A stretch of 64,000 nt of DNA. Origin: the human T2T-CHM13v2.0 reference genome, Homo sapiens. Below the pieces are notes generated by a model. The model ran no database searches and was not told where the DNA came from. It saw only the letters and a program-made list of their open reading frames with translations. Shown here piece after piece: positions 46,501 to 62,274 of this stretch. Made by a program: the position numbers and the translations under genes. Numbering within the stretch: position 1 is the stretch's first letter; the number at the start of each line of letters is the position of its first letter. The stretch covers positions 37,792,001 to 37,856,000 of the forward strand of contig CP068257.2 of NCBI GenBank assembly GCA_009914755.4, read 5' to 3'.

Positions 46501-49160
46501 TCTAATGATTAGTGAATGTTATTTATACTTACTAGCTGCTATTAGTTAATATTAGTTGCTACTATAATTGTTATTATTAGTTAGTTAATGAATATTAATT
46601 AGGATTTCAGTTACAATTATTAGTTACTATAATTATTAGCTAATATTATTTAGTAGATCGGGGTCTATGATCAGTATGTGTGAGAAGAATTTTCCAGAAC
46701 CACATACATGGGAGAATTTCTGCCTTAGCCGTAAGAATGAGAATTGATTATCCCTGCGGTGTCAGTGCTAATGATTTTTCATGGGTAGAGAAATTTCACT
46801 CAAAACTTCTTGGCAGGAAAACCCTAGAGTGGCTTCTTGTGCCCATGCTACTGTGTGGCAGTCAGTCTGCCAAGCCTTTCCTACTTATTTCTTCAGCCTG
46901 TACATTTAAAAAATGGATTCTTGCCTGATACCTCATCAGTAAGGGCATTCTGACTTCTGTTGGTTGAATGAAATAAATGAGAAAGGAAAAGCAAATTGTA
47001 ATCTCCTTATGAGGAATTAAATACATGCAGCTGTGTATTACATCTCAATTTTAATAGTTGACTTCAAAGAGCTGTGGCACATTTTACCACGTTCTGGACG
47101 GATTTGGGTTAAGAGACCCTGGGGAGCAGGAGAGGGCGCGTGACTTCTTCTAGGACCCTCCTCTCTTCCAGAAGGCCACAGTGGGGCAGGGGGGACAAAG
47201 GGAGAGAGGACAGTCCCTGCCGTCTCCAAGATGCACAGCCCCTGGAACCGATCTTTAAGGACAGACCCTCATAGTGGCTCTTGGGCTTCACAGTCCTTTC
47301 TCCATTTTGACTGACAGTGTAAATATCGTGGGAAAAATATGACTCTTGAATTAGATCGTTGAGTGTCATTCTTGGAAAATTCATTCATTTATTGGAGCCT
47401 CAGCATTGTTATAAAATAGCCATCCAAATACCTACCTAGATGGCCCGTGTGACAGTGCACTGGGATGGTAGTGTGCTATGTGGTGCCTGACAGTGCAGGT
47501 TTTCAGCCTAAGGTACAAAATGCTTTTCCATGCATCATCTTCTTCAGTTCCCACCAAAACACTGTGAGGAAGGCATTGTTACATCCAGTTTGCAGATGAA
47601 GAAATTGGAGATCAGAGCCCTTGCTCAGAAAGCAGCCTTCCAAGCTAGGATGGAAACACAGGTCGTCTCTGGCTCGAATCCAGTGTGCTTTATACTACAG
47701 TACAGTGATCTCAGTTGGAAAGTCTCCTAACTGTACAAGACAATAAACGAGAGGTGCCAAGTGAGTGGCAATAAGAGGTGCTGCTGTCAGATCACTCTGA
47801 CACAGTCTAGTAGCTAACAGTGTCTGGGTGACTTTAGGACAGAGAACAATACTTTCTTATAAGTAAATGTAACAGGATAGGAAAACGGAGCTCTCTGAGT
47901 CTTCACTGAGGTCCCAAAGGCTCCAAACAATGACACACACCCCAAATACCCCCAGATCCTGTAGAGCCACTACTCAGGACAGACAGTGCAGCCTGGGGGG
48001 CCAGCATGGGCCATGGCACCCTGGAGGGTGGAGAAGGGGCAAAGGGGGAGAGGTGAAGAGTAGGAGTGTGTCCATGATGGGAACTGATGGGGTGCTATGC
48101 ACACCCCTCCCTCTGGGCCATAAAGAGATGGACTCTTCCAAGAGCTGATACTGTGTCCCTGGGAGTCAGCTCAGCAGGCGCTGTGAGGAGCTGCACTTTG
48201 CAGGCCCACAGGAGCTCCTTGATCAGGGACCCTGCAAGGGGGAGGATTTTGGAGGAGAGGGGCCCCATGCTAGAGCCAGGGCACAGGGGTGCAGCAAGAC
48301 GACAGTGCCGGCCAGGTTAGCTCATGTGCTCACTCCCCTCTTCCCTCCTCTGGCCTGGATCCTAAGACCCTTTTCTGCAGGCTCCCAGCCCAGGCAGAAC
48401 TCAAGTGCCCTGAATAGCGTGATAAGCAATGCACTGGGCTCTGTTTAAATGACTAGTGTTTGGGGGATTACAGGGGGCAAACAGATTTCATTTTTCTTCT
48501 TCTTTTTCTCCTTTTTTGGGGATGAGGGCTGAGAAATGGCACTTAACACAATGCCATGCGTCCAACAGTCCCGCAATGGACCTGGATGCAATTGCCTGTC
48601 TTGTGAAGCTTAATCGCAAGCATGGTCTTCCCTTCCCATTGTCTCCATCTCTTTTTGCCTTTCTAATAGAAGAAACATAAGTCAAGACTTTTGGAAATAT
48701 TTTTCATCTATTCCAAAATTATGGAATAAAATATAGCTTTTTTCCCATCCCACATCAAGCCCTGAGGCATGGTTGATAGAAATAATGTTGGTGAGGTGGC
48801 TTGGACCTGGGCCAGCTGCCTCCCAGGCCAATTCGTGCTCCCAAGAGGGTATCTTAGAAGGCTTTGGAGAAAGAGCAGACAGGGGTTTGGACCGAATAAA
48901 GGAGTTGCCTTCTGAATAGTTAATTAAAAGTAAAACTGCCTAAAATGAAGGCATCTCTACTCTTTGAAACAGCAAAGTCGTCTCTGAAAAGATGTAAGGG
49001 AATAAGTGCTTTATAAAATGGCGTGAATAGTTATGGACAGGTTGGAAAAGATGTGTAGAGAATGCGATTAATTAAAACGATGATTTAGTCCAACAACCTG
49101 TCATCAGGTCTGATGGGATTTTGTAATGTTGAAAATTCAGCCGTGAAGCTGTGGAATTTG

Positions 49161-49256
49161 GAGCAGTTTCCATGTGGGCTAGCAGTTTCCGTGCGGGGTA
49201 GCAGTTTCCATGCGGGGTAGCAGATTCCATGCGGGGTAGCAGATCTATGTGCCAGG
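49161..49256. repeat. minisatellite, 5 imperfect copies of a 19-bp unit
   Basis: gagcagtttccatgtgggct / agcagtttccgtgcggggt / agcagtttccatgcggggt / agcagattccatgcggggt / agcagatctatgtgccagg. Confidence 0.9.
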
Positions 49257-49509
49257 CATCCACGGCACAGCTGTGGGAGGAGGGCACCTTGGTGGGGAGC
49301 ACGCACCTCCTCCTTTGGTTCTCATAGGCCTGATCCTGGGGAATTACCAGAGTCCATATGCCAGAAGTTTAAGAGAAATTCCATCATTCCACACCTTTCT
49401 GTCTATCTATATTTATTTGTCCGTGCTTGCCCCAAACTGCAGTACCTTTGTTGGCCTGAGTCTTACAGATTGAGTAAGTGTTGTGTTGTGGCAAACAGAG
49501 CCTTTAATT

Positions 49510-50225
49510 TATTGATCCACTGTCTTTAGTTCCATTGTCTTTTTTATATTGATGGTATAAGTGTTAATTAAATTAAATGCGTGATTACCATTTATATAAG
49601 TTTATATGTGATTTGTATACTTATTTATATAAAATTTTATAATATATATTGACTGTCAATTTTGTTTTAAAAATTAACATAGTAAATATAAAATTTAAAA
49701 AAATTAAGAATTACTTGATATTAATTTATATTATATACCATATATAATCAAATCACCATCAAGACCAAATTATATATAAATCATATAAATTATGTATATT
49801 ATGTAAGTTATATTACATTATATTATATAAATTATATAAAAATCATATATAGTTAAATATAAAAATCTTATATGATTATTATATTATATTGTTATATATA
49901 AAAGTCATATATAAGATTATTATAGTTACATATATAAATCTTATTATATATAAGATTATTATATATTATATAGTTACATCTATAAATCTTATATATAAGA
50001 TTATTATATATTATATAGTTATATATAAATCTTATATATAAGATTATTATATATTATATAGTTATATATAAATCTTATGTATAAGATTATATATTATATA
50101 GTTATATATATAAATCTTATATATATGATTATTATATATTATATAGTTATATATAAATCTTATATATAAGATTATTATATATTATATAGTTATATAATTT
50201 GGTCTTGGAGGTGATTTGGTTCTAG
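49510..50225. repeat. AT-rich minisatellite (~43-45 bp unit, >=6 clear copies in 49900-50195) with internal perfect palindromes and flanking 22-bp inverted repeats
   Basis: unit approx tatataaatcttatatataagattattatatattatatagtta repeated in tandem; each unit contains the perfect 18-bp palindrome aatcttatatataagatt; the array is flanked by aaatcaccatcaagaccaaatt (49750-49771) and its inverted complement aatttggtcttggaggtgattt (50196-50217, 20/22 match). Confidence 0.85.
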
Positions 50226-50274
50226 GGCTTAAGTATCCAGATTTGTCTTACCTTTCCTTATATTATGAAACACC

Positions 50275-50600
50275 CAGCCGGGCACTGTGGGTCTTGCCTG
50301 TAATCCCAGCACTTTAGGAGGCTGAGGCAGGTGGATCACTTGAGCCCAGGATTTTGAGACCAGCCTGGGCAGCATGGTGAAACTCCATCTCTACCAAAAA
50401 TTAGCCAGACGTGGTGGTGTGCGTCCATAGTGCCAGCTATTCGGGAGGCTGAGGTGGGAGAATCACTTGACCCTGGGGAGATTGAGACTGCAGTGAGCCA
50501 AGATCGTGCCACTGCGCTCCAGCCTGGGCAACAGAGGGAGACCCTGTGTCAAAAGAAAAAACAAGAAACAAAAAAAACAAGAAACAAAAAACCCCAAACA
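50275..50600 (+). mobile_element. Alu SINE
   Basis: cagccgggcactgtgggtcttgcctgtaatcccagcactttaggaggctgaggcaggtggatcacttgagcccaggattttgagaccagcctgggcagcatggtgaaactccatctctaccaaaaattagccagacgtggtgg ... A-rich tail. Confidence 0.9.
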
Positions 50601-50940
50601 AAGAAACACCCTAACACCCTATACATGAGTCATTAAATTTGTCAAAAGTGAATAAAATAGATATTTTGGTTTACATGTCTCTAAGAAAGGAGTTGAGTTT
50701 AGTTAAAAGAGGGTTTGCATCCAGATATTAGATTTGGGATAGACATGTACCTTTTACAGCGTTTGTTTGAAACCCTCAAAGTGTAGTCCTTCTTGTAAAC
50801 AAGGCACATGAAAATGACAAGGGGCTCTTGTGCTCTGTAAAACATTTTTGTGAGTTGTTTTTATATGAGATGGTATTCTATTCAGAAGACTTTTAAAAAA
50901 TTGAGATATTAGATACTGTCATGTCAAAGAAAATTTTTAA

Positions 50941-51695
<755 letters not shown>

Positions 51696-51760
51696 TAAGA
51701 ATCTGTTCACATGAAGGACTTGGCACAATGTCTTGTGCAAAGTAGAGAGTCAATAAATAA

Positions 51761-52151
<391 letters not shown>

Positions 52152-52152
52152 T

Positions 52153-52496
52153 TTTTCTTTCTTTCTTTCTTTTTCTTTCTGACAGGGTCTTGTTCTATTG
52201 CCAAGGCAGGAGTGCAGTGATGTGATCATAGCTCATTGCAGCCTCCACCTCCCAGGCTCAAGTGATCTTCCCACCTCTTGAGTAGCTGGGACTACAGGCA
52301 TGCACCACCACACCTGTCTAATTTTTAAATTTTTTGTAGAGATGTGGTCTCTACAAAAACTTTTTGTAGAGGCCCCATCTCGACAAAAATTTGTTTGCCC
52401 AGGCTGGCTGGTCTTGACCTCCTGGGCTCAAGTGATTCTTCCACTTTCAGCCTCCCAAAGTGCTGGGATTATAGGTGTGAGCCACTGCACCTGGTC
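52153..52496 (-). mobile_element. Alu SINE (old, AluJ-like) with CTTT-rich tail
   Basis: tttttctttctttctttctttttctttctgacagggtcttgttctattgccaaggcaggagtgcagtgatgtgatcatagctcattgcagcc ... gctgggattataggtgtgagccactgcacctggtc. Confidence 0.85.
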
Positions 52497-53120
52497 TGAT
52501 TACACTTTTTGTAAGTTTCTCCCTGTGGTTATTAAAATGGGGTCCACACAGTCTGCTGTAACTTATTTGCCAGTGTTTATAAAAGATGGCATCATACATT
52601 TTCAGGAGTGAATTCTTTGAAGAGAGAAAATTGTAATTGCTTTTGTAATTGTTTATGGGGAAGGAGTTCTAAGTGTGAGAGATGGCCACGTTGGTAAGAA
52701 ATGGCTACTGGCAGATACAGTCATTACGTGTTACACAGGTAGAGAAAGGACATTCAACCATGTTCCCTTAGGTGTGGCTGCACTGAACTCAGAGAGGAGC
52801 CAGGTGTGAGTAGGAAAGGAGGAATCTGTGGGAGAAAAGGGTTGTTTTGTTGTGTGGCTTTTTTATGTGCTGGGAGAAACATCCTCCAGCTTTTTCTAGC
52901 CTCTGCTTGTGCCCTTCCCCTCCAGTAGTCTCTATGTGAGCTTTTTAATCTCCTGTAATATTTCTAAAGCTACTTTTAGTTCAATGTGACTAATACTCTT
53001 ATTTTCATAACTGAATGAAATGCATTTTAGTGTGGGTATACTTGATATTTGAATTTCATAGTAAAGCATCTTTTTTATTTTATTATTTTGCTTTATTTTT
53101 TAAAAATTAAACTAAAAAAT

Positions 53121-53395
53121 TTTTTTTGAGACAGAGTCTCACTCTGTCGCCCAGGCTGGAGTGCAGGGCTTACTGCAACCTCCGCCTCCCAGGTTCAAGT
53201 GATTCTACTGCCTCAGCCTCCCGAGTAGCAGAGATTTCAGGCGCATGCCACCACGCCTGGGTAATTTTTGTATGTTTAGTAGAGATGGGGTTTCACCATG
53301 TTGGTCAGGCTGGTCTCGAACTCCTGACCTCGTGATCCACCCACCTTGGCCTCCCAAAGTGTTGGGATTACAGGTGTGAGCCACCGCACCCAGCC
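53121..53395 (-). mobile_element. Alu SINE
   Basis: ttttttttgagacagagtctcactctgtcgcccaggctggagtgcagggcttactgcaacctccgcc ... gttgggattacaggtgtgagccaccgcacccagcc. Confidence 0.9.
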
Positions 53396-53417
53396 TTCTA
53401 TTCTTCTTTAAACAAAA

Positions 53418-53580
53418 TTTTTATTTTATTTTTAAGAGACAGGGTCCCGCTTTGTCACCCAAGCTGGAGTGCAGTGGCATGATCAGCACACTGTAACCTC
53501 GAACTCCTGGGCTCAAGCAATCCTTTTGTCTCAGCCTTCCAAAATGCTGGGATTATAGGCGTGAGCCACATTGTCTGGCC
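53418..53580 (-). mobile_element. internally deleted Alu (~160 bp)
   Basis: T-rich then aagagacagggtcccgctttgtcacccaagctggagtgcagtggcatgatcagcacactgtaacctcgaactcctgggctcaagcaatcc...ccaaaatgctgggattataggcgtgagccacattgtctggcc; the middle of the element is missing. Confidence 0.8.
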
Positions 53581-53668
53581 TCTTTTTTCTCTTCTTTCCC
53601 TTTTCCCAATCCCTTGTCTTCCCAATTCTGACTTACTTTTTGGCCATTAAAGCTTTGCAAAAAATTAA

Positions 53669-54062
<394 letters not shown>

Positions 54063-54464
54063 TGTTTGTAGATCTTAATTGGCTTTTGTGATTCCAGAAT
54101 CTGGCAGCAGTCAGACCAAAAAATGGTTCACAAAGCTCTGCCCCACCACACGTGCAGGTTATATTTATCGCCAGAGAAAAGGAAATAACATTCAGAAAAA
54201 GGATGTGAGGTACAGACAGCTAGGTTGGGTTATAACTCAGTATTTGCCTTATTTGAAAGTGGTTTGAACAGTTGGCCGCCTGTGATTGGCTGAAGCTTGT
54301 CTGCTGTCAATGACTGAAACTCAGCTCTGGTTACAAAGGCAAATTTCTAGTTAGGTTTTCAGTTTGTTTATGTACTAAGCTAGGTTGCAGTTCATTACCT
54401 AGGACTCCTATGGAGTCTTCTAAAGCCCAAATTTAGTTTTAACAGTTGATTATACAATAATTAA

Positions 54465-54791
<327 letters not shown>

Positions 54792-54980
54792 TAAGCATTG
54801 ATGATACTAAAATTTCAGAATTTAAATAGTCATTTGGTTGACCCTTTATAACAAAGAGGTGTGATTCTATTATTTTCCTTGTTTGAATACTTAACAAAAT
54901 TATTTGTGTTGTATAGTATAACTAGAGGAAGGATTTAATTTTTGTAAATGTAAGCAAAATATTTTTCATAAACAGCCTAA

Positions 54981-55205
<225 letters not shown>

Positions 55206-55538
55206 TAAAAATCCTGCTGTGTGTGTGTTTATTAGAAATTTTCTAAAGCAGATTAAGTTTGAGTCAGCATTTGAAATTATTCACAACTGTCAGGTCATGG
55301 TCTATTTCTGCCATCCAATAGCTGGATGGTAGATCCGTTATGAATAATCAATATTTAAGATTTAGAAAAGGACAGAAACAATATCATGATGATTCAGAAG
55401 TTTTGGGGATTATTTCAGGTTCTTTGTTTTATTTTGAAGAATTGAGGTCACATGTTCAGAAAATACATACATTTAGCTAGGAATTCTGTTCAGCCTTGCA
55501 GTGTGCACACACGTGTATCTGCAGAGGAACATGGTAAG

Positions 55539-55808
55539 TTTTCTCTGTCGCCCAGGCTGGAGTGTAGTGGTGCAATCATGGCTCACTGCAGCCTCTTTCT
55601 CTTGGGCTCAAGCGATCCTCTCACTTCAGCCTCTTGAGTAGCTGGGACTGCAGGAGTGCAGTACTCCACCCAGCTAATTTCTAAATTTTTTGTAGAGACA
55701 GGGTCTCCCTATGTTGCCCAGGCTGCTCTGGAACTCCTGGCCTCAAGTGATCCTCCTGCCTTGGCCTCCCAAAGTGCTGGGACTACAGGTGTGAGCCACG
55801 GTGCCCAG
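55539..55808 (-). mobile_element. Alu SINE, truncated at the poly-A end (~350 nt downstream of the SH3BGR exon)
   Basis: ttctctgtcgcccaggctggagtgtagtggtgcaatcatggctcactgcagcc ... gctgggactacaggtgtgagccacggtgcccagc. Confidence 0.85.
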
Positions 55809-56857
55809 CAAGTTTTCACTTTTATAAAATTGATTTGTAGAAATAAAGTCTTACTATAGATACAAGATACATTTGTGTAACTTTAATTAGTTTGAAAACT
55901 GTTCTGGGCATTTTGGTTATAACAACAATTTTGTTTTATACATTTGATAGTTCATTTCACCATGAGATCACTTTTTTTCCCCAGAGTTTATAGATCATAC
56001 TTAATAAATCAAGTCGTTGGAAAGAAATATTTTTAAAAAAGGACTTCAGAATATGAGAACTGAAAATTAACTTAGAGGTCATCTAAGCCATCTAGGGTTT
56101 TTGCAGATGAGGAAATGAGAGCTGTGTGAAGTAGAGGGAATGTCTCAGCGCCATGCGCCTGGGACTGCTGGAGCCAGGTGGAGGAATCTTATCTGACCTC
56201 TTCTCTTGCTGCACAGAACTGCTGGTTCTTTAGGTTACTTTTTTAAAAAATTGTTTACTGCCACTGTCTGTTTTATAAATTTATAAATGAATGTCCACAC
56301 TCATTCATTTACCTATTGTCTGTGGCTGATTTAGCACCATGGCAGATTTGAATAGATGCAGCAGAGGCCATATGATCCACAAAGCCAAGAAGATTTACTA
56401 TCTGCTTGTTCACAGAAAAGTTTGCGGACCTCTCATTTGAAGGATGAATTGTGTAGTTGTTGGGGGCTTGTATTAGCTTCCTAGGGTTGCTGTATCAAAC
56501 TACCACACACACGGTGGCTAAAAGCAACAGAAATTTATTCTTTCACAGATCTGGAGACTGGAAGTTCGAAATCAAGATGTGGGTGCAGGGTTGGTTCCTT
56601 CTGAAGGCTCTGAGGGAGAATTCGTTCTATGCTTCTTTCCTAGCTTCTAAAGCTTGCCACCGGTTCTTAGCACTCCTTGGCTTATGGAAGTGTCTCTGAT
56701 CTCTGCCCTCATCCTCACATGGAGTGTGTCTCTCTGTGTTCACATGGCCTTCTCATAAGGACAGCAGTCATGGGAATAGGGCCCGCCCTCATCCAGTATG
56801 GCCCCATCTTAACTAATTACAACTACAAAGATCCTATTTCCAAATAAGGTAACCCTC

Positions 56858-57153
<296 letters not shown>

Positions 57154-57604
57154 TAAAGTCACTTTCTGGGATTCCAGGCTGACATGGATTTATGGGGGAC
57201 ACTGTTCAGTCCAGCAGAGGGCTATACAAACTTATGTGGTTGTGTTAGCATTCTTCAGAGGCTTAACCAAAAGTCCTGTGGGTGTGGAAGTATTTTCAAA
57301 CAATCTTAATGTGGTAGCATATATTAAGGTGAACATGTGGTCCAGTTCAAATTCCTCCTCACCCCTCGCTCCTGTCCTACCCACATCTTCCCCACCTTCC
57401 TTTACCTGACCCACATTTCTCAAAATTGTGGCTCTTGTTGGATAAGGAAAGGGATAATATTTTTTTAGGGGGGATGGTGGTGATGAGGAATTTTATTTCT
57501 TATAAAATCATTTCTATTATATAATTGAAAAATTAATATATATGCCCACTGAAAAATTAAGGTGATTCAAAATGGTCTCTAGTGAAAATTATTCCCCTCC
57601 ATTT

Positions 57605-57823
57605 CTATTTATTATTTATTTATTTAAGAGAGAGAGTCTTGCTGTGTTGCCCAGGCTGGAGTGCAGTGGTGCAATCATGCCTGGGTAATTTTTAATTTTT
57701 AAAATTTTTTGTAGTGACAAAGGGGTCTCACTGTGTTGCCCAGGCTGGTCTTGAACACCTGGCCTCAGGCAAACTCCTGGCCTCCCAAAGTATTGGGATT
57801 ACAGGCATGAGCCACTGTGCCTG
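57605..57823 (-). mobile_element. internally deleted Alu
   Basis: tttatttatttaagagagagagtcttgctgtgttgcccaggctggagtgcagtggtgcaatcatgcctgggtaatttttaatttttaaaattttttgtagtgacaaaggggtctcactgtgttgcccaggctggtcttgaacacctggcctcagg...attgggattacaggcatgagccactgtgcctgg. Confidence 0.8.
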
Positions 57824-58214
57824 GTATCCCCTCCAATTTCTGACCCCTGTCATTCTGGCTACCTTCCCCTGAGCCAGGCTGGCTCTGTGGGCCTGTGATC
57901 TGGGATACCACACAGGACCCCATCCACAGGAGGGCTCTGTACTTGTTTAATGTTCTCCTATTGCTGTCCTGAAATTCTCAACCATTTTTGAAGGAAGGGC
58001 CTCATGTTTTCATCTTGCACTGGCTCTTTTGAATTCTGTAGCTCGTCCTACTCTGAGGCAGCCAGTGTTGGCAATTTCGTGTTTGGGTTTGCAGAAATTT
58101 TATATGTAGATTTACAACTGAATGTCATTTAAAAAATCAGAGTGTATCATATACGACTTTGTTTTCTTGACTTAATAACTGCATCTCAGAGTTCACAGTA
58201 TAGCTGCCCATGCT

Positions 58215-58516
<302 letters not shown>

Positions 58517-59093
58517 TGCCCCATATTTTAATGTCTGCAAAATGTTCCATTGTGTGTGACAATTTTTTGGCTTGGTCCTCTAATGAAAAACATTCAGGTT
58601 GTTTTCAGCCTCTCCCCCTTACAAACAGTGCTGTAGGAATTATCTTTATACATAACAGATCTTTGTATCCGGTATGAGTGTGTATATATATATGTAGGAT
58701 AAATTCCTGGAAGACATCTGAGTTAAAGTACATACGCGTCTCACATTTTGATCAATATTGGCAAATGCTCCTCTGTTGCAGTTGTACTAGTTTACATTTC
58801 CACCAGCTGAGTTTGAGAGTGGCTAGTTCTCCGTGACTTTGACAACACTGTGCATAGCATACTTTTGGAACTTTGACAATCTGTTTGGTAAAACATGAAT
58901 TCTCATTGCTTCTACCTGGATTTCTTTCTTTATGGGTAAATTGAACATCTTTTAAAACTACATTTATAAATTATCTGTGCTTTTTCTATGATTTACCTAT
59001 GCATATTCTTTGCTGTTTTCCAATTGGGTTATAGGTAATGTTTACTGGTTTGTAAGAGTCTTTGCATATGAAAGAAAGTAGCCCTTTGACCAT

Positions 59094-59467
59094 ATGTATT
59101 ACTTCATTCTCACGCTGCTAATAAAGACGTACCCAGGACTGGGTAATTTATAAAGGAAAGAGGTTTAATTGACTCACAGTTCAGCATGGCTGGAAAGGCC
59201 TCAGGAAACTTACAATCATGGTGGAATGGGAAGGAAGCATGCCCTTCTTCACATGACCACAGCAGAGAGAAGTGCAGAGTGAAGATGGGGAAAAGCCCCT
59301 TATAAAACCATCAGATCTCATGAGAACTCACTCACTATCATGAGAACAGCATGAGGGAACCACTCCCATAATTCAGTTACCTCTGACTGGGTCCCTTCTA
59401 TGAGACAGATTATGGGAACTACAATTCAAGATGAAATTTGGGTGGGGACACAGCCAAACCATATCAC
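59094..59467 (-). mobile_element. MaLR (THE1/MST-like) solo LTR, copy 2, intact (~370 bp)
   Basis: tgtattacttcattctcacgctgctaataaagacgtacccaggactgggtaatttataaaggaaagaggtttaattgactcacagttcagcatggctggaaaggcctcaggaaacttacaatcatggtgg...cttataaaaccatcagatctcatgagaactcactcactatcatgagaacagcatgagggaaccactcc...gggaactacaattcaagatgaaatttgggtggggacacagccaaaccatatca; same family and orientation as 10143-10845. Confidence 0.55.
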
Positions 59468-61045
59468 CATAGATGTTGCAAATATTTCCTCCACATTTCT
59501 TACTTGTCTTTTGACTTTCAAAAGGGATTTTTTTTTTGCAATGCAGAACTTAAATTTTTTTTGTGTAGCCAAATATATTAAATCTTTTCTCTTTGTGATT
59601 CCTGAATTCAGATTTTTGTTAAGGAAAGCTTTCTGTGCTCAGAAATTATCAGAAGAATCATCTCATGTTTCCTTCTAGTACTTTTCCAGGGAAAATAAGA
59701 TTTTAAATGTCTTAGTTTGCTTATTTTAATCATCCTTTTAAATTTAAGTGAGTTACAGTAGACACAAGATTAATGTAGGTGTCCACCAATGTTAACTCCT
59801 AGGATAAAATTACTACAGTTATTTTCTGCTATAAAAAAGAAGATTTCAAAGTCATCTCTTATCCCAGTTTGCTGTGATCTAGTAATTTTTTTTTTCATTT
59901 TAATTGCGGAGGAGAAAGAAAAGGTTTTCCAAATAATGACTGCTATTTTTAAGATGTATTTTCCTATAACAAATATGGATCTAATGAAATAAATATACAA
60001 ATTATTTCATGTTTAACTGTTTCTATTCTTTTTATTTCTACCTTCAGAGAAGTATTTGTAGTTTACCTTATGAGAAGCTTTGCTTAATTTGCTTTTCTGT
60101 GGTCTATGGACACACTTACAAAAGTATATTCATGAAGAAGAGGGCTTTGTTTCCAGAAAGTAGGTAAAAATGATTATTTTTATTTGTATGCTCAGATTTT
60201 AAAAGGAGACTCAAAAATTCTGAAGGATATGCAGGCTCAAAATAATGTTAGTCTAGATAGTCAATGTCTCTTTCTACATGATTAAAATGTATATAACTAT
60301 TATTTAAGTGGTCTCCCTGGCTTCTGAAGATTCTTGGTCAGTCATATGCCATGCCTGATGATGGCAGCAGGTGGAAGGAGACCCCAGAGGCAAGCAGTAG
60401 ATTTCATTGGGCAGTGAGGGGATTGGACATCAAGGGTAGTCCTCAGTGCCTTCCTGCCCCTGCCAGTTTGAACTTCTGCTACTCTATGCAGAGCAAATGA
60501 AGATATTATCCTGAGAGCCAGGGCAGACAACTGTTAGATTGAGAAAGGAGACACCACACTGGAAGCCAGGCACAGTTGAGGCCAGGCTCCCCGCCTGACA
60601 GAGGAATGTGAACTGGAAAGAGCAGACACATCTCTTGATGACAAGTTGGCATCTGTGCATTTTAGCCCAGGTAAGGGCCGGAGTGCCTGCCTGGGACCAA
60701 GATAGCCTGGGCCTGACTGAACACAAACAAAGAAGACCTAGATCGTTCAGCACAGAGGTGCCCATTTAGCAGAGGTATGAGTGTCTCCGGGTACTCAGGG
60801 CTGTAAGGAAACACAGGATGCAAACCCAGTTAGGGTGGGGAGAGGGCTTCTCAACATATCGATGTTACTGAACAAACTATGTTATGTTCCTAAAATTTAT
60901 TCTGAAATATGCCGTATGTGATAAGAAATACATAATTTAAAAAGGAGTGATACAGTGAGCAACCATTGTATGCACTATCCAGTTTAAGAAGGACAGTATA
61001 CTATTACCAGAAATGTGGAAGCCCTCTGTGTGCCTCTCTCCCTGA

Positions 61046-61365
<320 letters not shown>

Positions 61366-61639
61366 CCTTATTTTTCATTTAAAAACCTTTGTCTTCTTTT
61401 ACCTCCCTGAATATGCACATAGTTTACTATGACACATGTGTTCCCATTGCAATTCCTTATTCCCAAACAAATATAATTTTCTTTTAGAGAGCCTCTTGTT
61501 CATCTGGGAAGCTTGCTAGGCTTGGGTTCTTCTCTGTGGGAAATGTTTCAATTTCCTTAATGAATGGACTGTTTAGGCTATCTACTTTTTCATAAGTTGG
61601 TTTTCATAATTCTGTTTCTATAAATTCTAAGATGTCTAG

Positions 61640-61727
61640 TTTTTTTTTTTTTTTTGAATCAGGGTCTTTGTCTGTTGCCCAGGCTGGAGTGCAGTGGTGC
61701 CATCATGGCCCATGGCAGCCTTGAGCT
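61640..61727 (-). mobile_element. short Alu fragment (~90 bp)
   Basis: poly-T then gaatcagggtctttgtctgttgcccaggctggagtgcagtggtgccatcatggcccatggcagccttgagc. Confidence 0.75.
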
Positions 61728-62274
61728 TGTTTTTAAGTTTTAAAGTCTAGTATAACATTTTTTTTCAAAAGTAAGAGGAAGGTACAGAAATTTCCCATGT
61801 ACCCCCTGTTCCCACACATGCAGAGCCTCCCCCATTATCAACATCCCCCCAAGTTTTAAATAAGATATTCTTAAGACCTGTTTAAAATAGGTAGTTATGT
61901 CTTCTCTTTATTCCTAATGTTTCTGTTGTGTCTTCTCTGATTTTTTTTTTTAAGTTTATGTTGTTCATAGTTTTTTGTTCATTTGTTTGTTTTTGGTCTT
62001 TTGGCTTATTGATTCTTTCTGATCTCTCTATACTTATATCTTTATAGCTAATTTTTCTCTTATTTTTAAAATTTCTGCCCTTGCCTGTATCATTTTTTCC
62101 TTCTATACACTTTTTTTTCCTCCCCTTACCTTAATGTTCAGTTAGATGCTTAGCTCACTTTTAACCTTTTTTTCTTCTCTAATGTCAATATTTAAGGCTA
62201 GAAATTTCTCACTGAGTACTGTCAGTTCATTCCATATATTTTGATATGCAGTATTTTCTTTTTTTTTAATTTAA

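Noticed and set aside
46530-46660. AT-rich stretch with reiterated attagtta / attattagtta motifs
   Set aside because: This is low-complexity degenerate repetition without a clear unit or symmetry. It is probably a decayed AT-rich repeat and not worth a separate call.
59400-59678. 92-aa ORF beginning MRQIMGTTIQDEIWVGTQPNHIT
   Set aside because: It is a translation of the terminal part of the THE1/MST-like LTR (ggaactacaattcaagatgaaatttgggtggggacacagccaaacc). It is repeat-derived.
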